Below the pieces are notes generated by a model. That model had not been told where the DNA came from. It saw nothing but the letters and a program-made list of their open reading frames with translations, and searched no databases. A stretch of 63,831 bases of DNA, filler included, from a bacterium (GTDB lineage Bacteria; UBP15; UBA6099; JAJRTR01): the NCBI GenBank assembly GCA_024278215.1. It is 5 parts of 5 records of this genome, joined end to end, with 100 filler letters (N's around TTAATTAATTAA, not from the genome) between each part and the next. Parts side by side here need not be neighbours in the genome. Positions count along the whole stretch, not along the records: positions 31,367 to 44,413 come from JAJRTR010000060.1; 4 more parts are not named here. One strand, given 5' to 3'. Both the position numbers and the translations under genes were made by a program. Position 1 is the first letter of the stretch; every line of letters begins with the position of its first letter. This document shows positions 32,448 through 41,465 of this stretch, one piece after another.

Positions 32448-33147
32448 GTTTTATATCATGTTTCAATCGGACACTGAAATCAAATGTTCTTTTGATGAAT
32501 TTCCATTTTGCGGGCAGGCCGGTGTTCCATGTCGAATGTCCGTGCCGCCTGCCGGGGAAAACAACGGGAAACCTGATGACAGAAAGATGGAGTTTTCTGG
32601 CCATATAAAAAGCGTACAGGTCGAGAGAGAAATCATTGGGCGGGTTCTCCCATCTCGCGAAGAAACTTCTGTGGAATACATTCGGCTGTGCATTTATATC
32701 CCACAGGGTTACACCGAGATAAATAGTTTCGAAAGCGCTCATTCCGAATGTGAATATGTTGTCGGCGAGAGGCCTGCCGCGCCGTGCTCCCTTTACGAAG
32801 ATGTTCCGGGCATCGCCTCTCGATTCGATGATTTCGAGCGCTTTCAGCGTGTCGCCGGGGTCTGTCTGGAGATCTGCGTGAGTCCATGCGAGAAACTCAC
32901 CTTCAGCCTCCTTTAAACCGGAGATTATTCCGAAACCATAGCCCCTGTTTTCCTTCAAATGTACGATCTTGAGAAAAGGAAAGTAGGGGGCCAGGTGTGT
33001 GAGAACTTCGCCGCTGTCGTCCGTCGAGCCGTTTTCCACAATTATCATTTCGACGTCATTCCTCCGCAGGTTTTTCCCAAAGTCACTTATAAGCAACGGT
33101 ATGTTTCGCGACTCATTGTAACATGGTATAACAATGGAAAGTTTCAC
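32413..33147 (-). CDS. Glycosyltransferase family 2
   Basis: SIVIPCYNE, VENGSTD, NRGYG, WTHADLQ. Confidence 0.92.
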   Translation of the reverse strand: MKLSIVIPCYNESRNIPLLISDFGKNLRRNDVEMIIVENGSTDDSGEVLTHLAPYFPFLKIVHLKENRGYGFGIISGLKEAEGEFLAWTHADLQTDPGDTLKALEIIESRGDARNIFVKGARRGRPLADNIFTFGMSAFETIYLGVTLWDINAQPNVFHRSFFARWENPPNDFSLDLYAFYMARKLHLSVIRFPVVFPGRRHGHSTWNTGLPAKWKFIKRTFDFSVRLKHDIKHGIHSSQDKHN

Positions 33148-33162
33148 CGGACGGCTCCGCTT

Positions 33163-34797
33163 CTATTCGTATTTCTGAGAAAAACTCGAGTATTTCGCCG
33201 ATAGATCGTCCACAGCGCCCGGAGAAACCAGTGGGTCCGTCTCGAGGCGGTAGGGGTGGCGGAGACACTTATGGAAATAACTCTGCCAGTATGTATATGT
33301 TTTCAAATCGTCCGGGGTGCCCCAGCACACATAGTGGTCGACGTCGAACACTTTCACATTATAGCCCATCCCGGCCAGTTCGCCGGCGAGACTGTCGATA
33401 TAGAGTTCGCCGTTCACCCGGATGTTCTTAGACACAATGCGCTCATAGCCGTCGATGAAGAGACTTGCCGAGGAAAAATAAAAAGCGCCGATGAGCGCGT
33501 GATCTTCGAGCGGCTTGCCGGAGATCGGTTTTTTGACCGAAACGGTCGCCGCGCGGCCCGGTTCGGCAAGGACGGCCCAGCCATACATTCCGGGATCGCG
33601 CATCACACATGGATTCCCCCGGAACGTCCATATTACAACATCTGTGTCGCCGCTGCTGATAAGAGACAAAAACTTTGCGTTGTTCCAGATCATACCATTA
33701 TCACAGGCTGATATGAAGATCGGCTCATCGGGGGCTATCCCTTCCAGTCCCAGCCGGACTGTGGTCGCCTGGCCGTCTGTAACACTGTCCAGCACAACAG
33801 CCCGCGCGCCGGGATATTCATTATGTATTTCGCACGGCAGGTCGAATGATTCCCCGTGCTCACGCAAGTATACGAATACCACCCGATCCGCCCGGGGAGC
33901 GCAGGCAGCCGCCTGGAGAAACATCGGTTTCCCGCTTACGGCAACAAGTGGTTTCGGGATGTCGTAGTCAATAGCGAACCTTGCACCTTTCCCTGCGATC
34001 GGCATCAGCATCGTTCCCCGGATTTTCCCGCGCTTCCGCGGTTTGACAGCCTCCCGGAAGTAATTCGACCACGCGGTGTATTCCGCAATATCCCGTGGTG
34101 TTCCCCACTGCAGCATGTGCTGTATTTCGTAGACGGAGACCCTGAGCCCGGCGGCGGCGAGAAGGTTGTACACCATACTTACATAGTATTCACCTTTTAC
34201 CTGCACATTCAGTTCCATCAAACGGGGGAAGAACCTGCGGACATATTCCCCTTTCCTGAAATAGTATGTTCCATTCGATGCGAATTCACTCAACCTGTCG
34301 TTCGTGAAAGGTTTTTTCTCCTGTATCTCGATCATCCATTGCCGCTCATCGCGGATAAACGCATAGTTGGAGGGATGCAGCATGTGTGGATGGAATCCCC
34401 GATAGGCCGGGATTGCGCCGTCGGCATTTCTTCCGCGGGTGTGATCGAGGAAATCCCGGTAGTTCCAGAAAGTCCCGAAGTCGCAATAATTCACGATCAC
34501 TTCATCGTCATGTACTAGGTCCGGGAACCGGCATACCGAATAGACGGGGCCTTTCTTGTGGGGAGGCGTTCCGACTATGACGCCGGCGGGAGCGATACGG
34601 CGCAGAACACTTTCCAGACCCGAATCCGCCAGGTGATCGCTGTTGCATATAAACAGGAAATCGGATTCTCCCGGAAAGAGGTTCACCACATGCTCGATCA
34701 TCGGCATGTCATCGACTTCGATCAATGGTTTGGGAACCATGCAGCCGGATTCGACAAAACGGCTTCCGGCTCCGGCCATCGGGATAATTATCTGCAT
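33163..34797 (-). CDS. Two-domain sugar nucleotidyltransferase-like protein
   Basis: Two copies of P(M/I)AGxGxRF...PKPL...WGTPxD. Confidence 0.85.
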   Translation of the reverse strand: MQIIIPMAGAGSRFVESGCMVPKPLIEVDDMPMIEHVVNLFPGESDFLFICNSDHLADSGLESVLRRIAPAGVIVGTPPHKKGPVYSVCRFPDLVHDDEVIVNYCDFGTFWNYRDFLDHTRGRNADGAIPAYRGFHPHMLHPSNYAFIRDERQWMIEIQEKKPFTNDRLSEFASNGTYYFRKGEYVRRFFPRLMELNVQVKGEYYVSMVYNLLAAAGLRVSVYEIQHMLQWGTPRDIAEYTAWSNYFREAVKPRKRGKIRGTMLMPIAGKGARFAIDYDIPKPLVAVSGKPMFLQAAACAPRADRVVFVYLREHGESFDLPCEIHNEYPGARAVVLDSVTDGQATTVRLGLEGIAPDEPIFISACDNGMIWNNAKFLSLISSGDTDVVIWTFRGNPCVMRDPGMYGWAVLAEPGRAATVSVKKPISGKPLEDHALIGAFYFSSASLFIDGYERIVSKNIRVNGELYIDSLAGELAGMGYNVKVFDVDHYVCWGTPDDLKTYTYWQSYFHKCLRHPYRLETDPLVSPGAVDDLSAKYSSFSQKYE

Positions 34798-34814
34798 CGG
34801 CGCTTGCCCTCATT

Positions 34815-35921
34815 TTATATATCGCGGCGGTGTTTCTCGGCTTCCCAACCGCCCAGATACATTATCTCATCTTCCCGCAGCGGCTTCATCTTCTGTCCTT
34901 TGCCCGCCAGAACAAGAAGATGAAATTTCAGAATGGACTCCATGTCGCGGACCGCCCGCATGTTCGTTGCGACAAAAAAAATGCGGCCTCGATAGATCAC
35001 GGTCCGGGGGGGCTCGCCGTATTTATCAAGATAGGCTTTTAAAACATCATAGTCGTCGAGACTTTCAATATTTAAAGGCATGAAGCCGTTGTATACCACT
35101 GTGTCCGGACGAAAAGGCGGCTCGTATAGTAATTCCGGATGAGCCGCTGCAATGCGCAATAGGCCCGCGTCCGCCGCCTCACCGCAAACGTACTGTGTCC
35201 CCGATACTTCATTTACATACCCGGACACAGCATTTGTTATTCTGAATCTCTCCGTCGTTATTCCGGAAGCGGATTCAAGAGCGGTTGCGACATAGTCGGT
35301 GGTTTCAATCACATCCGAAATGTCTGATCCGGAAACGATAAGGCCGTGGTTCTCCAGAAAAACCACAAGATGTTCGCCGGCTGCATCGACACCACGCTTT
35401 TTTATTTCCCTGATCACAGCATGTGCAAGCTCGATTCCGGGGGTATGATATTCCACGAGAACAGCGTCCGGGAAAGTTGCGCCCAGGACCTCCCTCCATC
35501 CGTCCCGCGAAGCTACCGCTGTAGCAGTCAGGGGATGCGTGTGCAGAACACATTTGCCGAGAACCGAGTGCATGAATGTTTCGATAGAGGAACGCAGCGA
35601 GCCGGACACAGCCACTCGCTCCAGAGCCGATACCGCGAATCGCTCGAAGTCTTTCCTGTCGGGATGTTTCGACAACATAAACTCGTCAAGCATTTCTATC
35701 AGAAGTTCGTAATGCACTTCGGCCAGTCCACAGCCGGGCGCAACATCACCAAGAGAAAAACCTGACGCTGTGATAATCATAAGCCCCGCTTGCGTTTTCA
35801 CGGAAGCATTGCCGCCGCCCGCCTGGACCAGGTCGAATCTTTCACCGGCGAATCTTGACATTCGCGTCAATTCATCAATAGCTGTTTCATTGATATTCTT
35901 CATTATGCTATTTGGCATCAC
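34815..35921 (-). CDS. Class II aldolase/adducin family protein
   Basis: QAGGGNASVK, SIETFMH, LHTHP, LENHGL. Confidence 0.85.
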   Translation of the reverse strand: MMPNSIMKNINETAIDELTRMSRFAGERFDLVQAGGGNASVKTQAGLMIITASGFSLGDVAPGCGLAEVHYELLIEMLDEFMLSKHPDRKDFERFAVSALERVAVSGSLRSSIETFMHSVLGKCVLHTHPLTATAVASRDGWREVLGATFPDAVLVEYHTPGIELAHAVIREIKKRGVDAAGEHLVVFLENHGLIVSGSDISDVIETTDYVATALESASGITTERFRITNAVSGYVNEVSGTQYVCGEAADAGLLRIAAAHPELLYEPPFRPDTVVYNGFMPLNIESLDDYDVLKAYLDKYGEPPRTVIYRGRIFFVATNMRAVRDMESILKFHLLVLAGKGQKMKPLREDEIMYLGGWEAEKHRRDI

Positions 35922-36066
35922 TCCGAAAATATATTAACAGATGCGGGAAATCATGTAAAATATCAGTGCTATGTCCTTATCCCGCTGTAAGCGACAACAT
36001 ATCGTCGCAAAAAAGTTGCGAACACCGGTGCGGTCGGTCTGCGCGTTAAGATACGGAGAATAAACA

Positions 36067-37071
36067 TTGATGAACATATTTATATTAGTTATATCGTTTG
36101 TTCTGACGTTTACCGTAGCGTTTCTCTCTTCGAGGTCTTTAAACGTCCGTGCCCGAGCTGTAATATTCGCCGTCTATTTTTTCTTGTATGTACTGTTTTT
36201 TCCGGTCTTCCTGTGGTTGCCGGTATATTTTACGGTCGATTTCTCGAAAAAAGTGGCATACCCCGAAGGATTCAAGGACGGAATATACTTCAATCGTGTC
36301 AATGAAAGCAGACTTCTCCCGATCAACAAGGATGGGCTGATCGCCGACATGGACTACAAGCCCGGCGCGTCAGGCAAGTGCCGGATAGTGATTATCGGAG
36401 ACTCTTTCGCCGCAGGATATGGACTGAAGTTCAAGGATACTCTGGGGGCGTATCTCCAGAACGATCTTGGGAGCGGATACCAGGTGATAAATGGCGCTTT
36501 CTTCGGAACCAATACTGAAATGCAGGTTGATTACTTCTGCAACCACCTGCTCAAATATAAGCCTGAGATCGTGATCATACGGCACCGGATGGACGATGTG
36601 ATGCCGCTGGCGGAGAAATATTATCTCGAACGGACAGGCGACGTTATCAGGAAATACGCACCGCACTGGCCGCCCGCAATCAGGAACCGGTTTTTCAGAT
36701 TCGAGATGCTTCTCATCCGTGAAAGGTTCTGGAGCTACTACCGCGCCAATACCCGGAAAGTCATCAAGGAAAACATGCTGGACTTTTTCGATCGACTGAA
36801 CAACTGCACATCCGCGGAAGGCATACGTGTGTTGTTGATAAGCGATAAATGCCGCCGGGGATACGAGGCGGTCTGCGAGGCTGCGGGAGTGGAAGCCGCG
36901 AGTTTCGGCTGGGAAATATTAAATCCGCACGAGACGATCGATTTCTCCGCACCGGAAATGATTATCGCAGGGGACGGGCATCCGTCGGCACGTGCAAACC
37001 GTGTTCTCGCAGGCCTCATCCGCGATAAACTTCACAGCGATCACGCGAAGCCGGGGACCGGTCGCTGGTGA
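36067..37071 (+). CDS. Membrane-anchored SGNH/GDSL hydrolase
   Basis: Two N-terminal TM helices, IGDSFAAG, DGHPS. Confidence 0.85.
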   Translation: MMNIFILVISFVLTFTVAFLSSRSLNVRARAVIFAVYFFLYVLFFPVFLWLPVYFTVDFSKKVAYPEGFKDGIYFNRVNESRLLPINKDGLIADMDYKPGASGKCRIVIIGDSFAAGYGLKFKDTLGAYLQNDLGSGYQVINGAFFGTNTEMQVDYFCNHLLKYKPEIVIIRHRMDDVMPLAEKYYLERTGDVIRKYAPHWPPAIRNRFFRFEMLLIRERFWSYYRANTRKVIKENMLDFFDRLNNCTSAEGIRVLLISDKCRRGYEAVCEAAGVEAASFGWEILNPHETIDFSAPEMIIAGDGHPSARANRVLAGLIRDKLHSDHAKPGTGRW

Positions 37072-37195
37072 GCAGCCTCAATACTGCTTAGTTTATACCC
37101 CACGATAGGCGGGACGCCTGTCGCAGCGGTGATAGTACAGCAGAAAGTAGAACAGGCATCCCTCCTGTTTCTTCGTACAACTTTAAATCTGCGGG

Positions 37196-38503
37196 TTACC
37201 GGCTTCTGTTTTTGTCCGGCGGCGGGCGCATCAGTTCGTTCGAGACAGTATCTATGAAGTTGAGGGCACCGCTGAAGCCAAGGTAAGGCGAGTCGGACAG
37301 CGCGTGCCTGTGATAGTTCGTAAAGCCGAATGGCACGGAGACGCAGGTACCGGGAGGACTGTTGATGTAGTTGCGCAGCATGTCTTCGGCAATGATAATA
37401 TCGCAACCGTCGCGGAAAGCTTCCGAGGTGACTTGCACTATCTCGCCGGGCTTAAGATTGAAACGGCAGGGTATCCCGTCCCGAACAAGTGATTTAGGCA
37501 GGGGTGTCAGGTGTTTTTCCTGAGCTGTGGCGATCATCGCAAGCGGCCTGCAGCCCAACTCGATAAAGAAATCACGCACAGGTTCCATCATGTGGGGGTC
37601 GCCGCCGAAGAAAAAGCGTCGGCCAAGAAATATTTTGTTTATTATCCACTTCATGCCGGGCAGCACACGGGCGAGCTCGGACTCGGAATATGCAGCCGCC
37701 TGCTCTTCGAGTCCGAGGGCCGCGCCGATTTCTTCAAGCCAGCGGACAGTACCGTGAAAGCCGAAAGGGAGACCTGTTTCTATAAGTTTAGCGCCGGTTC
37801 GGGAGGCGATAATTCGCGCGGCTTCCCTGGCGTGTGGAAGAGATATGATAACACCGGCGCTCCCCGCCCGACGCAGATGGGAAAGCGGTCGTCCGCTGAG
37901 CCAGATCGATACGGGATCGAGCGACAACCCCCGCAGCATATTCTCGATTTGCGTGATATTTGATGTATGGTCTTTCTCGTTTCTATCCATCATATAACCT
38001 ATGACGGCAACTCGCGCCGGTCCCGGGTCACCGTTCAGGTCCAGGTTCGATGCAAGTGATTTCATTGCCTGCGCATAACCGTCGAGCCAGTCCGAACTCA
38101 GTGACAGAGACGGCACTTCGAAAATCGGTTTCGACAGTTTCCTGCCCATGTCTCTCACAATCGAATCGTACTGAGTGGCGGTTATCGTAGCCATGGGCAT
38201 AGAGACATACATTAGCCCGCCGGCTTCCGGCAGCGCACAGGTTTCGTGGATGATTCTCCGTATTTTCTCCGACCTGTCGTGAACTATGCTTGTCACGTCC
38301 AGATTCCGGGGTCTTACTATTCTGTCCGGGCCGGAACAATTCAGCAGGGTCGAGTTGAGATCATGCCGTCCGTAAATAAATTCTGCCTTGAATGTGGCAC
38401 AGTCCGGACCGTCCACATACAGGTACAGGTCGGGGATTGCGTTCACCGCAAGATACAGGCCGATGATATATGAGTAGTTTATCGGTAGAGCCGCTTCTTC
38501 CAT
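37196..38503 (-). CDS. Nitrogenase component-1-like oxidoreductase subunit (paralog, not true NifD/NifK)
   Basis: VDGPDC, PFGFHGTVRWLEEIG, PYLGFSGA; most P-cluster/FeMoco ligands absent. Confidence 0.8.
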   Translation of the reverse strand: MEEAALPINYSYIIGLYLAVNAIPDLYLYVDGPDCATFKAEFIYGRHDLNSTLLNCSGPDRIVRPRNLDVTSIVHDRSEKIRRIIHETCALPEAGGLMYVSMPMATITATQYDSIVRDMGRKLSKPIFEVPSLSLSSDWLDGYAQAMKSLASNLDLNGDPGPARVAVIGYMMDRNEKDHTSNITQIENMLRGLSLDPVSIWLSGRPLSHLRRAGSAGVIISLPHAREAARIIASRTGAKLIETGLPFGFHGTVRWLEEIGAALGLEEQAAAYSESELARVLPGMKWIINKIFLGRRFFFGGDPHMMEPVRDFFIELGCRPLAMIATAQEKHLTPLPKSLVRDGIPCRFNLKPGEIVQVTSEAFRDGCDIIIAEDMLRNYINSPPGTCVSVPFGFTNYHRHALSDSPYLGFSGALNFIDTVSNELMRPPPDKNRSR

Positions 38504-38571
38504 GTTTGCCGAACGTATCCAATCCGGAAGTTTCGTAATACTTCAGCCGACCGAAGCGAAGCTTCTTTTTA

Positions 38572-41211
38572 TTACTGCAGGAACTTCCTGTACCGGCTGA
38601 AGAAAGGAACAGAGCAGGCGGCGACAAGTCTTCTTAGTGTGCGTACAGCCCCTGTGAATCCCATCTCGAAGAATTGCAGGGAGAATTGTTCTTTTCCGGC
38701 ACGCACGATACGCTGATCGAAATAGAAATCCGAATAGAAACAACTTGCCGGAGAATCGAGCATGAGCTTTTCGAGTTCCGCGGGAGTCGAGAAGGTTCCG
38801 AGGTCTTTTTCCATAATTTTTCCGCCAAGGCGGGGACTCCCGGCCCGCGCGGGGTGATAAGTCAGGTACTGAGTCCCGAAGCCGATCTCTTCGAGCATTT
38901 CCATAATCGGCACTCCCCCGGCAAGCCGCGCGTTTGAAATCATTTTCATGCCGGCGCCCTCAAACACAAACCCTAAAGTATATTTACGTGCTTCCTCCGC
39001 CAGGCGGTTCCACTCATCGAGCTGCTCTTTTTCGATTTTTTCGATCGCGTCGAGTTTCTTGTCGGGGACACCAAGTTCCCCGGCTACGGTCTCCAGCCAT
39101 TCTCGTGTGCCGCGCATTCCGTAGGGCGCGGGCGGCATGATGGTTTTCACGGGGACATCGCCGAATATCTGATTGTATATCCCGGTATATGTGTCGTCGG
39201 GATAAAAAACGGTGAGCGCGGCTGCTCGATAATTATCAAATATGCACGGGTCTATTTTCGGGATGAAAATCTCGTTCACAACAATGCCCAGTACGCCAAG
39301 AAGTGAAATGATTTCATCGAGTCCTTTTTTTTCAGGAAAGCCGATCAGGTTGACTGCAAGCGGGTTGACTTCTTTTTCGGCGAAACCGGTTTCTTTTTTG
39401 AGACTGATAAAGAATTCATGATGCGGATTGATGCTTATCGAATTCTCAGGCCCCGCGTAGAACAGGGGCACGGGACACTTTTCCCTTGCCGCCGCAATGA
39501 GGGAAGGCACATCCTCGCCATAGACCATCGGAACACAGGTATTGTTGAAAACAAGAATCCTGCTGCTGCCGATTTCGTCAATTGCATCCGATATCAGGGC
39601 CGAGAGTTTCTCGCCCGAACCCATAATGACATCCATCTCCCTGATATCTGTCGAGTATGTCTTCGAGCCGCTGTGAAACATCTCCGTATCCGGCGACATA
39701 GCAGGCGAAAGCCAGGGGTAGTTATAGGGGATAAACTCATCGGACTTGATCTGCGGTGTTGCGAAAGCGCACTCGACATCCGTGTGCATGATCTGGGTTA
39801 CGGGGATGTCGTAGACAAGCACCTGCCCCCTGTTGCGAGAAAACTGCCAGTACGCGAAAAAGCGTGCCCATTTATCGGCGCAAGAGCCCTCTATGGAAAC
39901 TACGTCCGGCCCGTTGCCTTTCGAGTCGTTCCCGGTCGTTTCCAGACATTTTCTGCGTATCGTTTCGAGCTCGTCGAGCCGGAAATCACCGAGTCTGTGC
40001 GATACCCTCTGGAGTAGCCTGACAAAAGGCGCGGTGATTCTGCCTTCATCAAGAAAAATATCGAAGTGCGCAGCGGCGATATCAGGGCTCGCGCTCCTGT
40101 CCGCCGGTCTCAGAGAAACCCTGGCCTGACCTATCAACGGCCCGGAAAAACCTATCGCCACACCGCCCCCGGATATTTCATCGACATAATCAACAGCGAA
40201 GCCCTGACCTGCAACGCCCGTTCCCCGCAGGCCCAGCAACAGAGAAAAAGCGTCATTCAGTTTTTCTTCTTCCCGCCGCAGATGCCCGACCGGCGTTGCG
40301 GCGACCATTGCCCCGGCAGTTTCGCCGGTCGTTCGCGGCTTCCTGAGGTTTCGCAGGCTCTGAAGATCATCAGGATCAATAAGATATTTCATGAAAGCCT
40401 TCTGATCCAGCGGTGACGGCAGCGGTATTTCAGACACATCAAGTCCGAGAAGTTTTTCCGCGACAGCAGCCACCTGCAAGGAGAACTCACTGGACGGGTC
40501 ATATTCAAACGCCGTGAGTCCATGGTGCCTGGCAAGAACAGGCGTTTCCGATATCGGTAGACTTCCCAGCGTCCGCGCTTCTATGAGTGAGACAAACTCA
40601 CCGGACTTCAGCTTCGGACCGCCGCCGCCCCTTTCGTTCACCACAACTCCCGCCAGCGCAACTCCATTCACACTGTATCTCAAAACCGCTTTTGCTATAT
40701 TATTCGCCGCATAGTACGACATCTCGTCCTCGGCTATCACAATGACTACTTTATTACCGAAGCCCTTCCGCAGTGGTGCCGCGAATCCACCGCAGACTAC
40801 ATCGCCCAGAACATCAAAAACGACAACGTCGAATTTCCCACTCTCCATGACATTCCACTTCTCGAGATATTCCATCACCCTGGCTATACCTCTGCCGCCG
40901 CAGCCGATGCCCGCCTCCGGGCCTCCGGCCTCGATACACTTGATCCCCAGACGGCCCTTGTTGAACACCGACCCCGCCTCACGGTCATTGTCCGCGTTGG
41001 ATATCCAACTCATTACAGTATTCAGATCATCCATGTTCTCCAGCAGGATCAGTGTCGAGTCGCTCTTGGGATCGCATCCAACATGCAGCACCTTCAGGCC
41101 CTTCGTGGCATAATACGCACTGAGATTGGCGGCCAGTGTCGATTTGCCCACTCCGCCTTTCCCGAAAACTACTATGTGGTTCGGTGCTTTTTTCCCCACA
41201 GCTACTCGCAT
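38572..41211 (-). CDS. NifH-like ATPase/Fe protein fused to a nitrogenase component-1-like domain
   Basis: GKGGVGKST, GCDPKSDST, EAGGPEAGIGCGGRG, DVLGDVVCGGFA; then HTDVEC, STDIREMDVIMGSGEKL, NTCVPMVYGED, VNLIGF, PYGMRGT..WL. Confidence 0.88.
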   Translation of the reverse strand: MRVAVGKKAPNHIVVFGKGGVGKSTLAANLSAYYATKGLKVLHVGCDPKSDSTLILLENMDDLNTVMSWISNADNDREAGSVFNKGRLGIKCIEAGGPEAGIGCGGRGIARVMEYLEKWNVMESGKFDVVVFDVLGDVVCGGFAAPLRKGFGNKVVIVIAEDEMSYYAANNIAKAVLRYSVNGVALAGVVVNERGGGGPKLKSGEFVSLIEARTLGSLPISETPVLARHHGLTAFEYDPSSEFSLQVAAVAEKLLGLDVSEIPLPSPLDQKAFMKYLIDPDDLQSLRNLRKPRTTGETAGAMVAATPVGHLRREEEKLNDAFSLLLGLRGTGVAGQGFAVDYVDEISGGGVAIGFSGPLIGQARVSLRPADRSASPDIAAAHFDIFLDEGRITAPFVRLLQRVSHRLGDFRLDELETIRRKCLETTGNDSKGNGPDVVSIEGSCADKWARFFAYWQFSRNRGQVLVYDIPVTQIMHTDVECAFATPQIKSDEFIPYNYPWLSPAMSPDTEMFHSGSKTYSTDIREMDVIMGSGEKLSALISDAIDEIGSSRILVFNNTCVPMVYGEDVPSLIAAAREKCPVPLFYAGPENSISINPHHEFFISLKKETGFAEKEVNPLAVNLIGFPEKKGLDEIISLLGVLGIVVNEIFIPKIDPCIFDNYRAAALTVFYPDDTYTGIYNQIFGDVPVKTIMPPAPYGMRGTREWLETVAGELGVPDKKLDAIEKIEKEQLDEWNRLAEEARKYTLGFVFEGAGMKMISNARLAGGVPIMEMLEEIGFGTQYLTYHPARAGSPRLGGKIMEKDLGTFSTPAELEKLMLDSPASCFYSDFYFDQRIVRAGKEQFSLQFFEMGFTGAVRTLRRLVAACSVPFFSRYRKFLQ

Positions 41212-41270
41212 TCATTCCAATATTGGCGCTGGAGATTCCAGTTCGTACTTCCTGTGCCTGAATCACTTAT

Positions 41271-41299
41271 TAGCCCGCATTGGTGAAATATGCGGGTTA
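41271..41299 (-). repeat. Short palindromic repeat
   Basis: Reverse complement TAACCCGCATATTTCACCAATGCGGGCTA. Confidence 0.8.
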
Positions 41300-41353
41300 G
41301 AGCCGCTTGAAAAACTCTCGATCTCGCTACGAACATACTTTTTCAAGTGACTC
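41300..41353 (-). mobile_element. 54-bp internally deleted relative of the MITE
   Basis: Ends GAGCCGCTTGAAAAA...TTTTTCAAGTGACTC; internal CTCGCTACGAACATA identical to MITE sequence. Confidence 0.6.
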
Positions 41354-41465
41354 TTTATTATAACCGGTTTCGCTTGCGAAAAACCGAAAATTACTCTGAG
41401 CGAGCGAATCGACTGGAGAATCTGCCGCTTATGTGCAAATGAAACAGCCGCATGTGGCCGCTTCC

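Noticed and set aside
37196-41211. Nitrogen fixation (nifHDK)
   Set aside because: FeMoco and most P-cluster ligands are missing, and there is no nifB/E/N; the nifU is on another contig
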